A stretch of 37,225 bases of DNA from a bacterium (GCA_041946805.1 JBHGBC010000049.1:1-37225); one strand, 5' to 3'. Numbered from the stretch's first letter, positions 17,317-26,725 are shown. Program-made: numbers and translations. Notes: generated by a model from the letters alone, not told the origin.

Positions 17317-17625
17317 CCCCCATTGCAGCGCGGGCGTCCCGCCCCCCCATTGTTACGCGGGCGTCCCGCCTGCTTCTCCGAAACAAGATGATCTTTCACC
17401 CTCTCCAACAGAGGCTGTTCTTTATCCATAAGTCCATATCATGAAACAGAATTCAATCCCCGGAGGGGATTCATGTGAATAGCCGTTGGCGATAGCCTAC
17501 GGTTTCGTTAAGATAAACGCCAACCCCAAAGGGGTTGAAACCAGATTGCTTCGATCCTTGTAGGGACAATCCGTTCATCCCTGTATCCGGGGATTGTCAC
17601 CTCCGGCTATTTATATTGGACCTGA
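17317..17625. repeat. intergenic repeat cluster
   Basis: Tandem ccccattg..cgcgggcgtcccgcc twice (17317-17370); 17456-17503 is an inverted copy of 13724-13771; hairpin caaccccaaaggggttg (17521-17537). Confidence 0.7.
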
Positions 17626-17720
17626 GGATTCCATTCCCGCTTTTACTTAAACGGCAAAAAAAGGCGGGTAAAGAAAGAAAAAACGATTCAGCGGCATGAT
17701 CTATAATGGGATAATGAACC

Positions 17721-18302
17721 ATGAACTCCACCGCCTTCACCCTGATCGAACTGTTGATCGTGGTGGCCATCATCGGTGTCCTGGCGGCCATCGCGGTGCC
17801 CAATTTCCTGAACGCGCAAATCCGCGCCAAGGCCGCCCGCGTCCAGGCTGACCAGCAGAGCCTGGCCACCGCGCTGGAAACCTACCGCCTGGACCACAAT
17901 GATTATCCCCACGTGTTCCCGCCGGTCTGGATGGACGAACGCTACATTCCCCTCACTACTCCCGTGGCGTATATGTCTTCCATTCCCCTCGATCCGTTCA
18001 ATCCCCGGCCCAAGGATACCGCCGCGGGACCCAAGGACGCCAACAACCGGCTGGGGAATTACGATTACTGGACGCGGCTGGCCGCCGCGGGTGGCCAGAA
18101 AGGGCCCGGTTACTGGGGCCTGCAAGGCAGCGGTTTTCCCGTGGGGCGTTACGAGTGGCAACTGCGGGGATTCGGACCCACCACATCCTGGATCTTCGCC
18201 CTGGTATATCCCGCCGGCCATCCCCTCGCGGGTGAGTATATCCGGTACGACGTCTCCAACGGCATCCGCAGCGAGGGGAATATCGTGCGTTATGGGCCGT
18301 GA
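17721..18302 (+). CDS. prepilin-type N-terminal cleavage/methylation domain protein (GspG-like pseudopilin)
   Basis: MNSTA|FTLIELLIVVAIIGVLAAIAVP type IV prepilin motif with E5, then ALETYRLDHNDYP and PLDPF. Confidence 0.9.
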   Translation: MNSTAFTLIELLIVVAIIGVLAAIAVPNFLNAQIRAKAARVQADQQSLATALETYRLDHNDYPHVFPPVWMDERYIPLTTPVAYMSSIPLDPFNPRPKDTAAGPKDANNRLGNYDYWTRLAAAGGQKGPGYWGLQGSGFPVGRYEWQLRGFGPTTSWIFALVYPAGHPLAGEYIRYDVSNGIRSEGNIVRYGP

Positions 18303-18350
18303 GGAAGTGAAGAAAACGCCAATTCAGAACACGAATTGAGTCCTATGAAC

Positions 18351-19031
18351 TCATCCGCCCGAGTGCATGGCGGCATGTTGGATTTTTTTGGCGGTCACCA
18401 TCCGTTCCACCGTTTTGGCGATGTTCCTTTCCATTTGTTCCGTATCCACCTGAATATTATCCGCTTTCAACAACAACTTGATTTTTTCCTTTGCCTTTTT
18501 TTGAAGTTCCCGTGGGAAAATTTGACTGATCAATCCCGAAATATAGACTAGCCGTATCATCCCCATCATCCGCTCATCGGGTTGGCGGGTACGGAGAATG
18601 GCCGACCGCACTTCACGTAACAATTCCCGCTTGTACCGCTTCCGCCGCAAGGGATACCGCTTCACGGGGAAAATGCCCAAAATTTTCTTGTTCACGCATT
18701 TGATCACCCGTTTTTCCATCAGCCGGGTGGTCATCAAGGCCAGGAATTCCTTATATTGTTTTGTGAATTGCCGCACCCATTTATCCGGAGGCAATGCTGT
18801 CTTGGATTGGGCCAACAACTCCCACGCGCGGTCCAGGACCGGATCGCCCATTATGGCGGGACCGGCCGCCGTCAGTTGCCCGTTTTCCAGGCGGACCCGG
18901 CCCCGCGCGCTCAAATCGATCAGGATCGCGCCGGCGGTCAGGTACTGCATGGTCATCGAAATCGTGCCGCCCAGGGAGCCTTTCTCCCCATCCAGGGCCA
19001 ATAGATAGAAATCTTCCGCCAGGTTGAACAT
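18351..19031 (-). CDS. GPP34 / GOLPH3-Vps74 family phosphoprotein
   Basis: LAEDFYLLALDGEKG, AGAILIDLSARGRV, GDPVLDRA, KKILGIFPVKRYP. ATG at 19031 preferred over the longer track ORF. Confidence 0.85.
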   Translation of the reverse strand: MFNLAEDFYLLALDGEKGSLGGTISMTMQYLTAGAILIDLSARGRVRLENGQLTAAGPAIMGDPVLDRAWELLAQSKTALPPDKWVRQFTKQYKEFLALMTTRLMEKRVIKCVNKKILGIFPVKRYPLRRKRYKRELLREVRSAILRTRQPDERMMGMIRLVYISGLISQIFPRELQKKAKEKIKLLLKADNIQVDTEQMERNIAKTVERMVTAKKIQHAAMHSGG

Positions 19032-19263
19032 GATGTTGTCCTTTTCCGAACCGGCGCCGCTCCGGAGACTTTTTCGTAAGGCTTTCCGTTCCGCTTGGGG
19101 ATCTTTTTCTTTCTCCACCGGAAATCCACTCCGGGAGAAAAAGCGATAGCGCAACTCCCTCGCAGCTATATTCTTCAGGGATCCAGTCTTACATCGAGAC
19201 GCCAGGATATGTAGAACTTCCCATCCTTCGTACATGATCGTTTACTCCTCCCGCCCGCCCAGG

Positions 19264-19452
19264 TCAATGTCCCGGTTCTTCCTCTTCCGTCATGCGTGAA
19301 TCGAGATTCAGCTTTCTTCTTTGCCGGACCGCCTCCCGCAGAAGAAACTCGATCTGCCCGTTCACGCTGCGCAGTTCCTGGCCCGCCCAGGCATTGAGTT
19401 CGTCCCAGAGCTCCGGATCCAGCCGCAACAGAAAGGTTTTCCGCTTGGTCAT
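19264..19452 (-). CDS. Arc-like ribbon-helix-helix DNA-binding protein
   Basis: RKTFLLRLDPELWDELNAWAGQELRSVNGQIEFLLREAV; starts 9 nt after the SPFH gene stop. Confidence 0.9.
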   Translation of the reverse strand: MTKRKTFLLRLDPELWDELNAWAGQELRSVNGQIEFLLREAVRQRRKLNLDSRMTEEEEPGH

Positions 19453-19461
19453 GATTCCGTT

Positions 19462-20352
19462 TTAGTTATACAGCGTTCCCGTGTTGACCACCGGCTGCGC
19501 GGATTCCTCGCCGCACAGCACCACGAGCAGGTTGCTGACCATGGAGGCCTTGCGTTCCTCGTCCAGCTCCACCACGTGTTTTTCACTCAGTTGAGTGAGC
19601 GCCATTTCCACCATGCTCACCGCGCCTTCCACGATCTTCTTGCGCGCGGCGATCACCGCCTGCGCCTGCTGCCGCCGCAGCATCGCCCCCGCGATTTCCG
19701 GCGCGTAGGCCAGGTGGCTGATCCGCGCTTCCTGCACCACCACCCCCGCGCGCCCCAGCCGTTCCTGCAGTTCTTTCTTCAACTCCTCGTTGACCTCGTC
19801 CCGGCCTTCCCGCAGCGAGATTTCGGCGTTTTCCGTCTCTTCCGTGTCATACGGATACCGGCCGGCCAGATGACGAATGGCGGCGTCGCTTTGGATTTCG
19901 ACGTATTCCTCATAATCGTCCACGTTGAACAACGCCTCGGCGGTCTCTTCCACTTTCCACACCACCACCGCCGCGATTTCGATGGGATTGCCGATCTTGT
20001 CGTTGACCTTCAGCCGGTCGCCGTTCAGGTTGCGCGCCCGCAGCGAGATCTTCCTCACCGAGACAAACGGATTCCGCCACATGAAGCCGTTTTCCTTCAC
20101 CGAGCCCTTGTAATGGCCGAACAGCACCAGCGCCGCCGCCTCGTTCGGTTGCAGGATATAGAAACCAATGGACATCAGCAGCGTAATCACGAAAAGTATC
20201 GGAAACAAAACCCACATATACCACAACGGCTGATTGTTGGCGGTCATCCAAATCGTATAGATGAACTCGGCGATGGTCACCAGCCACATCATGATCGTCA
20301 CCGGCAGCATCCCCCACCCGCTTGTTCCCTTGATTTTCACTTCCGTGCTCAT
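19462..20352 (-). CDS. SPFH (band 7) domain membrane protein
   Basis: Two N-terminal TM helices, then QPNEA..LFGHYKG, LKVNDKIGNPIEIAAVVVWKV, LAYAPEIAGAMLRRQQA and MVSNLLVVLCGE..QPVVNTGTLY. AGGAGG Shine-Dalgarno. Confidence 0.93.
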   Translation of the reverse strand: MSTEVKIKGTSGWGMLPVTIMMWLVTIAEFIYTIWMTANNQPLWYMWVLFPILFVITLLMSIGFYILQPNEAAALVLFGHYKGSVKENGFMWRNPFVSVRKISLRARNLNGDRLKVNDKIGNPIEIAAVVVWKVEETAEALFNVDDYEEYVEIQSDAAIRHLAGRYPYDTEETENAEISLREGRDEVNEELKKELQERLGRAGVVVQEARISHLAYAPEIAGAMLRRQQAQAVIAARKKIVEGAVSMVEMALTQLSEKHVVELDEERKASMVSNLLVVLCGEESAQPVVNTGTLYN

Positions 20353-20384
20353 GGCATTCCTCCTGATATAGATTATATATCGTA

Positions 20385-20413
20385 ATGATATCACAATAAT
20401 ATAACCACGTCAA
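20385..20413 (-). promoter_or_regulatory. sigma70-type promoter of the SPFH-RHH operon, overlapped by a TGATATCA palindrome
   Basis: Minus strand: -35 TTGACG (20413-20408), 17-bp spacer, -10 TATCAT (20390-20385). Palindrome TGATATCA at 20386-20393. Confidence 0.7.
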
Positions 20414-20663
20414 CAGAAAAAATCAAAATTCTTCCGAAAGTGCGCACATGGTTGTGATGGATACGTAAATTGTTATGTGGGAGAAGAGATATTTGCAGGA
20501 GACACGATCGGTATTCATACGCAGGGTGTGATAAGCCCCCCCCGCCGAGGCGATCGGCCTGTAGTTCAAGGCAAGGAAAAATTTTTGCGACTATTTACCC
20601 GAATGCAGATCTATCTCATCGCTTTATTCGCTGTATGAGCATGGAGGAGATCGCTAAACGATT

Positions 20664-20810
20664 CCCTCTCCCCCCGGGAGAGGGTCAGGGTGAGGGGAAT
20701 TTTGTAGGAGCGGATCCTGGGTGTCCGCCCGATAAAATGTAGGGGCACATGGCAACATGCCCTTACCCCAACAAGAAATGGCCCTGGATCCCCGCTTTCG
20801 CGGGGATGAC
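20664..20810. repeat. intergenic cluster of REP-like palindromes
   Basis: ccctctccccccgggagagggtcagggtgagggg (20664-20697), GTAG hairpins at 20704-20730 and 20739-20766, tggatccccgctttcgcggggatgac (20785-20810). Confidence 0.75.
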
Positions 20811-20887
20811 ACCCATATCAGGATGAGAGAATCCGTGGCAGGGCGCCATTCATCCTCTATTACCGCGCGATTTGGCAGCCAGTTGCT

Positions 20888-21457
20888 TCAATCGCAGATC
20901 TCCAAAATGGGATCGACGCTTCCCCGCTTCCAATACACTTCTTCGATCTCATCTTCCTGGTTCTGAAAGCGGGCCATCACGAACAGCAGGTCCGACAAGC
21001 GGTTGAGATACGTGACAATCTGGGGATTGATCTTCTCCTGCCGCTGCAACGCCACCACCCGCCGTTCCGCCCGCCGGCAGACCGTCCGCACCACATGCAA
21101 AGTAGCCGCCGCTTTCGATCCGCCGGGAATGATAAACCGCGCCAAGGGAGGAAGATATTCGTCCAGGTCGTCGATGTATTGCTCCAAGGTTTGAACGTGC
21201 GAAGATTTGATCCGGGGTTCCGTTCCTTCTCCCGCTTGCGCGAGTTCCGCTCCGATATCGAACAGTTCCTGCTGGATGGTTAGCAGCATCGGCAGGAGGT
21301 GGCTGGAAACCTTATGCGCGGCGGCCAATCCGAGATAGGAGTTGAGTTCATCCAACGTCCCAAACGCTTCGATGCGCAGCGAATCCTTGGGGATCCGTTG
21401 TCCGCCGATGAGACCCGTCAAACCACTGTCACCGGTCTTGGTATAGATGCGGCTCAT
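20888..21457 (-). CDS. pduO: ATP:cob(I)alamin adenosyltransferase (PduO/MMAB type)
   Basis: IYTKTGDSGLT, RIEAFGTLDELNS, IQQELFDIG, FIIPGG, RTVCRRAER, YLNRLSDLLFVMAR. Confidence 0.92.
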   Translation of the reverse strand: MSRIYTKTGDSGLTGLIGGQRIPKDSLRIEAFGTLDELNSYLGLAAAHKVSSHLLPMLLTIQQELFDIGAELAQAGEGTEPRIKSSHVQTLEQYIDDLDEYLPPLARFIIPGGSKAAATLHVVRTVCRRAERRVVALQRQEKINPQIVTYLNRLSDLLFVMARFQNQEDEIEEVYWKRGSVDPILEICD

Positions 21458-21496
21458 TGTACGATTGCTTCCCCCCTCTACTCTAAAGTTCACCAG

Positions 21497-22453
21497 TCAA
21501 TAATATTTCTTCAAATCCATCCCCGCGTATAGCGAAGCCACCTGGTCCGCATAGCCGTTGAAAGGCAGCGTATCCCGCTTGAAAAACTCCCCCAACCTTT
21601 TTTCCTGCGCCTGGCTCCAGCGGGGATGCGGCGCTTCCGGATTCACATTGGAATAAAATCCGTATTCACTGGGAACCGCCGTGCTCCAGGTGGTCGCGGG
21701 CTGCACCCGCGTAAACTCAATCTTCACAATGGATTTAATACTCTTGAAGCCATATTTCCAAGGCACGGCCAACCGCAGGGGCGCTCCATTTTGATTGGGC
21801 AGGATCTCCCCGTACATCCCCACCGTCAGCAGAGTGAGGGGGTGCAGGGCTTCATCCATCCGCAGGCCTTCCACATAAGGCCAATTCAAATTCGCCAGGC
21901 GTTGTCCCGGCATTTGTTCAGGATCGTGTAAAGTCGTGAACTTGACATACTTGGCGTTCGCGTTGGGCTGAGATTGCTTGATCAAATCCGCCAGGGGAAA
22001 TCCGACCCATGGCACCACCATTGACCAGGCTTCGACGCAACGGAACCGATAGATCCGTTCCTCGAGACGCTTGGGATTCAAAAAGTCCTCGAGCTGGATC
22101 TTCGCCGGGCGGCCGCATTCGCCTCCCACCTCGACGGTCCAGGGTGTGGTTTTCAGTTTTTGAGACAACTCCACCGGCGAACGTTTATCCGTTCCAAACT
22201 CATAATAGTTCACATAGGAAGTCACCAACTTTTTATCCGTGGGCGCTTCGTTGACGTTGTATGGGCTTTTGGGCAGATCCTTGAACCGGGGCTCGCGGGA
22301 AGGCATCGCCGCATCCCCGGATTGACTCCAGGCATAGGCCAGTCCAGAGACCGCCACCGCCGCTCCGGCCGCCAGAAACGAACGCCTTCCCCAAAAAATC
22401 TTGGGATCGGTCACTTCCGCTTCCGGAGCGTTCACACGTTTCAGAATTTCCAT
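21497..22453 (-). CDS. msrP: protein-methionine-sulfoxide reductase catalytic subunit MsrP (YedY)
   Basis: Tat motif [33 protein letters not shown] (Mo-ligating Cys), [40 protein letters not shown]. Confidence 0.95.
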   Translation of the reverse strand: MEILKRVNAPEAEVTDPKIFWGRRSFLAAGAAVAVSGLAYAWSQSGDAAMPSREPRFKDLPKSPYNVNEAPTDKKLVTSYVNYYEFGTDKRSPVELSQKLKTTPWTVEVGGECGRPAKIQLEDFLNPKRLEERIYRFRCVEAWSMVVPWVGFPLADLIKQSQPNANAKYVKFTTLHDPEQMPGQRLANLNWPYVEGLRMDEALHPLTLLTVGMYGEILPNQNGAPLRLAVPWKYGFKSIKSIVKIEFTRVQPATTWSTAVPSEYGFYSNVNPEAPHPRWSQAQEKRLGEFFKRDTLPFNGYADQVASLYAGMDLKKYY

Positions 22454-22682
22454 TCCCGCCTCCCGGCCGTATCCTTGATTACAATGATCCAGTATGTTGA
22501 GTATCAATGAATTACGTGGCTTGATTGAATCTTCTTTCAGAGGACGGCCCGATCGATCTCCATCGATACCTCTGCTTCATTATACCGCGTTTCAAACGGA
22601 TTGCATTTGTTTCGGGGATCATTATGCTTGCAGGAAACGATTCATTTCATGTCTTTACCTTCCGGGAAGGAGAGATCAAGAC

Positions 22683-23624
22683 ATGGCTCGATTCATGGTC
22701 ACCGGAGGGGCGGGATTCATCGGATCTCACCTGGTGGAACAACTGCTGCAGGACGGCCACGAAGTGGTGGTTATTGATAATTTTTCCACCGGCCTGCGCG
22801 AAAACCTGGATTTGTTCCGGGACCGGATTACCCTGCATGAAATCCAACTCGAGGACGGTCCAGCCGTCGCCCGGGCCATGGAGGGAGTGGATTATGTACT
22901 GCATCAGGGCGCGCTGCCTTCGGTACCCCGGTCAGTCAAGAATCCTCTGGAAACCCACGAAGCCAACGTCACCGGAACCCTGAATGTCCTCCTCGCCGCG
23001 CGGGACCACGGTGTCAAGCGGTTGGTGTATGCCGCCTCATCCTCGGCCTACGGCGACAGCCATGAACCCGACAAGCACGAGAAAATCCCCCCCCGCCCGA
23101 TATCTCCCTATGGAGTATCCAAACTGGCGGGGGAGTACTATTGCCTGGCCTTTTATGAGACCTATGGCCTCGAAACCGTTTGCCTGCGATACTTCAACGT
23201 CTTCGGCCCCCGCCAAAATCCTCACTCCCCCTACACCGGAGTCATGGCGATTTTCATTCCCCTGATGCTCCAGGGCAATCAACCCACGATTTACGGCGAT
23301 GGAATCCAGACTCGCGATTTCACCTATATCCAAAACAACGTCATGGCCAACCTGCGGGCCGTGACCGCCGAACGCGCTCCCGGCGAAGTGATCAACATCG
23401 CCTGCGGCCACAGCTGCAGCGTCCTGGGCATTGTCGAGGCCATCAACCGCATCCTCGGGACCTCCATCGAACCTCGCTTCGCCCCTCCCCGCCCGGGCGA
23501 TATTCTCCATTCCCGCGCGTCCATCGACAAAGCCCGCGAGATCCTCAACTACGAACCGGCCGTGGATCTGGAGGAAGGTCTGCGGCGGACGATCGAGTGG
23601 TACCGCAAGAAGTTGAAATTGTAG
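22683..23624 (+). CDS. NAD-dependent nucleotide-sugar epimerase/dehydratase (WbpP/UDP-GlcNAc 4-epimerase-like)
   Basis: VTGGAGFIGSHL, HQGALPSVPRS, AASSSAYG, SPYGVSK (YxxxK), LRYFNVFGPRQ, GDGIQTRDF. Confidence 0.92.
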   Translation: MARFMVTGGAGFIGSHLVEQLLQDGHEVVVIDNFSTGLRENLDLFRDRITLHEIQLEDGPAVARAMEGVDYVLHQGALPSVPRSVKNPLETHEANVTGTLNVLLAARDHGVKRLVYAASSSAYGDSHEPDKHEKIPPRPISPYGVSKLAGEYYCLAFYETYGLETVCLRYFNVFGPRQNPHSPYTGVMAIFIPLMLQGNQPTIYGDGIQTRDFTYIQNNVMANLRAVTAERAPGEVINIACGHSCSVLGIVEAINRILGTSIEPRFAPPRPGDILHSRASIDKAREILNYEPAVDLEEGLRRTIEWYRKKLKL

Positions 23625-23637
23625 GGATTAGTTGATT

Positions 23638-25359
23638 TCACTTCTTGTTCTTTATCCACTTCCAAAACTCATCCCACGGCAGCGCGTTGATGACATCGGC
23701 GGGGTCCAGTCGTCCGCGGCGGGCGGTCTGGATGCCGAAACCCAGATTGTCGAAATCGGATACCGCGTGGGTATCGGTATCCAACGAAAATTTCACTCCG
23801 TAACGCTTGGCTTCCCGGATATGCTCGTCATTGAGATCCAGCCTCAGATAATGAGCGTTAATTTCAAGCACCGTGCCGGTTTGCGCGGCGGTGGAAAACA
23901 GGCGTTCAAGGTCGATGTCCAGGCGCGGCCGGCGGTTGATCAACCGCCCCGTGGGATGCGAGATGATATCCACGTGGGGATTTTCCATCACCCCGCAAAT
24001 CCGCGCCGTCATCTTCTCCCTGGGCTGTTCGAAGGACGAATGAATCGCGGCGATCACGAGATCCAACCGCTCCAGGATCTCATCGGGATAATCCAGCGAT
24101 CCGTCCGCGCGGATATCCACTTCCGTGCCGGCCAGCACCTGGATTCCCTTGTGTTTCTCGTTGAATCGATGAATGGTCTCGATCTGCCGCAGCAACCGGT
24201 CGGGAGTCAGCCCATTGGCCACGCCCAGCGAACCGGAGTGGTCGGTCACGGCAATGAACTCGTATCCACGCCGTTCCGATTCCTCCACCAGTTCCTCCAG
24301 GTTCATTAATCCATCGCTGGCAGTGGTGTGGTTGTGCAGCGCCGAACGGATATCCTTGCGCTCCAGCAGCCTGGGCAACGCGTTGTCCCGCGCCAGTTCG
24401 ATTTCATCGAGTCCCTCGCGCAGCTCGGGAGGAATCCAAGCCAGGCCCAGCGCCTTATAAACATCTTCCTCTTTTTTCCCGGCAACCGGTTTATCGGATT
24501 CGGTCTCGAAGACGCCGTACTCGTTCACTTTCAGCTTCTTCCGCACCGCCAGTTCACGCAGCTGGATATTGTGCCCCTTCGATCCGGTGAAATACTGCAG
24601 GGCCGCGCCGAAACTCTTCTCCGGAACCACCCGCAAATCCACCTGCAGGCCGTTGTTCAACACGACGCTGGATTTGGTATCGCCTTGGGCCAGCACTTCG
24701 CGGAGGTTGGGAGTCGCCAGAAATTCCCTCATCACCGCCGGGCCGTTTTTGCTGGATACCAGCAGGTCCACATCGCCCACCGTCTCCCGTCCCCGCCGCA
24801 GACTGCCCGCGTATTGCGCTTCCTTCACGCCCTTGATAGCCCGAATGCGGCCCAAGATTTCCTCGGCGGCGGCATGGGCGACGCCGAGTGTGAACCGCCC
24901 AGAGGATTGTTCCAGATTGATGATCCCTTTGAGGATCTTGTCTTCCGTTTTTTGCCCCATGCCGGGAAGCGATCGTAATTGACCCGCCTCGGCCGCTTTT
25001 TTCAGATCCGCGATGTTGGTGATCCCCAATTGATCATAAACCAACTTGGCTTTCTTCGGCCCCATGCCCGCCACGGTCAACAGGGACAGCAATCCTTCCG
25101 GAACCGACTGCAGCAGTTCCTGATGATATTGGATCCGCCCCGTGTCCAAGGCCTCGGCGATCTTCTCGGCAATACCCTTCCCCACCCCGTCGATCGTCTC
25201 CAGTTTGCCTTCGCGATGCAGCATTTCGAGGGACTCGGGCAGATTGTCGAGAATCCGCGCCGCCTTTTGATAAGCCCGGACCTTGAAAGGGTTTTCCCCC
25301 CGGATTTCGAGTAGATCCGTGATTTCCGCGAAAATGCGGGCGATTTCCTTATTCTTCAT
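23638..25359 (-). CDS. polX: DNA polymerase X with C-terminal PHP domain
   Basis: GENPFKVRAY, HhH motifs GVGKGIA and GMGPKK, GSLRR..ETVGDVD, QVDLR, YFTGSK. PHP motifs HNHT, TDHS, GTEVDI, HPTGR, DTH. Confidence 0.95.
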   Translation of the reverse strand: MKNKEIARIFAEITDLLEIRGENPFKVRAYQKAARILDNLPESLEMLHREGKLETIDGVGKGIAEKIAEALDTGRIQYHQELLQSVPEGLLSLLTVAGMGPKKAKLVYDQLGITNIADLKKAAEAGQLRSLPGMGQKTEDKILKGIINLEQSSGRFTLGVAHAAAEEILGRIRAIKGVKEAQYAGSLRRGRETVGDVDLLVSSKNGPAVMREFLATPNLREVLAQGDTKSSVVLNNGLQVDLRVVPEKSFGAALQYFTGSKGHNIQLRELAVRKKLKVNEYGVFETESDKPVAGKKEEDVYKALGLAWIPPELREGLDEIELARDNALPRLLERKDIRSALHNHTTASDGLMNLEELVEESERRGYEFIAVTDHSGSLGVANGLTPDRLLRQIETIHRFNEKHKGIQVLAGTEVDIRADGSLDYPDEILERLDLVIAAIHSSFEQPREKMTARICGVMENPHVDIISHPTGRLINRRPRLDIDLERLFSTAAQTGTVLEINAHYLRLDLNDEHIREAKRYGVKFSLDTDTHAVSDFDNLGFGIQTARRGRLDPADVINALPWDEFWKWIKNKK

Positions 25360-25529
25360 CGCACGGCCTTCCTAGGTTTTTCATTTTCCTCCCAATGGGA
25401 TCGCAAGGCTATTCTAGCGCCAAACGGGAAGAGTGAGATCGGCGGGATTACGCGTCACCTAGGTTTCTTCCTCCGCGGATGGATATCCCCGGCTTCTCCA
25501 GAGGAAGCCAAATAAAAGAGGATGTTTCA

Positions 25530-25820
25530 GGCTCATCCGGCAAGTGCGTACTTTTTCTCCGAGGGTTGCTATGCAATCTCATCAATCAGATTCAAGCAGT
25601 TGTAGGGTGGGCTCAAAGCGCAGCGGAGCCCACCCGCATGATCTAATTGCCTTGCCGGCCAACGTTTAGAACCTGCCAAGGAGATTGGCGCCGGCGAAAG
25701 ACTTTCCCTCACCCTGACCCTCTCCCAGAGGGAGAGGGGATTTCGGGTGGCTCTCTCCCACCCGTTGAATCAATATCCGGCCACTCGTTCGTAACAATGT
25801 ACGCACTTATCGGATGAATC
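25530..25820. mobile_element. second MITE-like element with the same 22-bp inverted repeats
   Basis: ggctcatccggcaagtgcgtac (25530-25551) and gtacgcacttatcggatgaatc (25799-25820). Confidence 0.55.
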
Positions 25821-25919
25821 CAATAAACTTCCGCGGGAACGGCAATCCAGAGGGGAAGGATTGAGGTGAGTTACCATCCAGAGTAATCCCGGGCGGGATC
25901 ATTCAGTCTATTCAGAACC

Positions 25920-26480
25920 TCACATTTCCACCGGTTCCACCACCCGCCAATGATGGATTTCCGGAGGCAATTCGGAATACTGGTCGACAACCCCTGACAT
26001 TTTCACCAGCGCGCAACTGAGCGAAATGAATCCCCGCGGGACCGCGATGGTGAACTCGTGGCCGTCATCCCGCCCTTCCTTGAAATACACGGTGAGAAAT
26101 CCATTCGAAGCCGCGGTTCCCACGGTGAGTTGCTCGATATACACCCGGATTTTGTCTTCCCCTTCCACGCGCACCAGGTCCTCCCCCGGTTCCATGGACT
26201 TCAACGCGTCCTCGATCATCTCCGGCGTCAACTTGAGCTCGTCACAAATCCGGCGGATATCCCGGGGCATGACCTTGAAGGCGGAACGCAAAATCGACAA
26301 GGGCGCGGAAACCTTCACAATGTCGCCGTTCTGGCTCACGACCTCGACCCGCAGATGCGAATCGCCCCAGATGGGCGCGGCCGACACCGCGAATCCCAGG
26401 ATGACCAGAAAAACCAAGGCCAGACAGAACATCAAGGCGTAACGGAACAATTTTCGGATCCGGCGGATCATGATTTTCAT
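25920..26480 (-). CDS. exported or membrane-anchored hypothetical protein
   Basis: Basic N-terminus plus a hydrophobic helix (signal or anchor); GGGAG Shine-Dalgarno; protein-like composition. Confidence 0.7.
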   Translation of the reverse strand: MKIMIRRIRKLFRYALMFCLALVFLVILGFAVSAAPIWGDSHLRVEVVSQNGDIVKVSAPLSILRSAFKVMPRDIRRICDELKLTPEMIEDALKSMEPGEDLVRVEGEDKIRVYIEQLTVGTAASNGFLTVYFKEGRDDGHEFTIAVPRGFISLSCALVKMSGVVDQYSELPPEIHHWRVVEPVEM

Positions 26481-26725
26481 CTCCCATGAGAAAAGAGTGG
26501 AGTCCGTGGAAAATCCATATTCTGTTTATACGAAAACCGGACAGAGAAATTTCAACAAAGGAGGAAATTGATCGATCCTCGGTTTGGAGTACGGCTATGA
26601 AAATGCGGCTTTGCCCCTCCTGGAGGAAGGCCGGATCCATTAGAGGAATCCGCCGGAATACGAGTTCGTGCGGGTGGACCAGGTCTTCCTTCCCGTCCAG
26701 GCATCAGGGGAGGACTCTAGCCCTC

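Noticed and set aside
17317..17370. Tandem direct repeat as a possible CRISPR remnant
   Set aside because: Only two adjacent units, no spacers and no cas genes; it fits a REP-like GCGGGCGTCCCGCC palindrome.
19032..19235. N-terminal extensions in the ORF track (GPP34 to 19235, dnaK to 9781, isomerase to 16175, epimerase to 22494, msrP to 22507)
   Set aside because: Family homology, and in most cases a Shine-Dalgarno site, begins at a downstream ATG.
20432..20447. Partial match (aagtgcgcac) to the 22-bp inverted repeat
   Set aside because: Only about 10 bp match and I found no partner end, so it may be chance or a heavily decayed copy.
20420..20890. Cobalamin riboswitch or other ncRNA near the adenosyltransferase
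   Set aside because: I could not find B12-box or other riboswitch consensus by eye, and the region lies downstream of the gene. An Infernal/Rfam scan would settle it.
23638..25359. polX as a sign of a prophage or an NHEJ locus
   Set aside because: It is a standard bacterial PolX-PHP with no ku, ligD or phage genes nearby.
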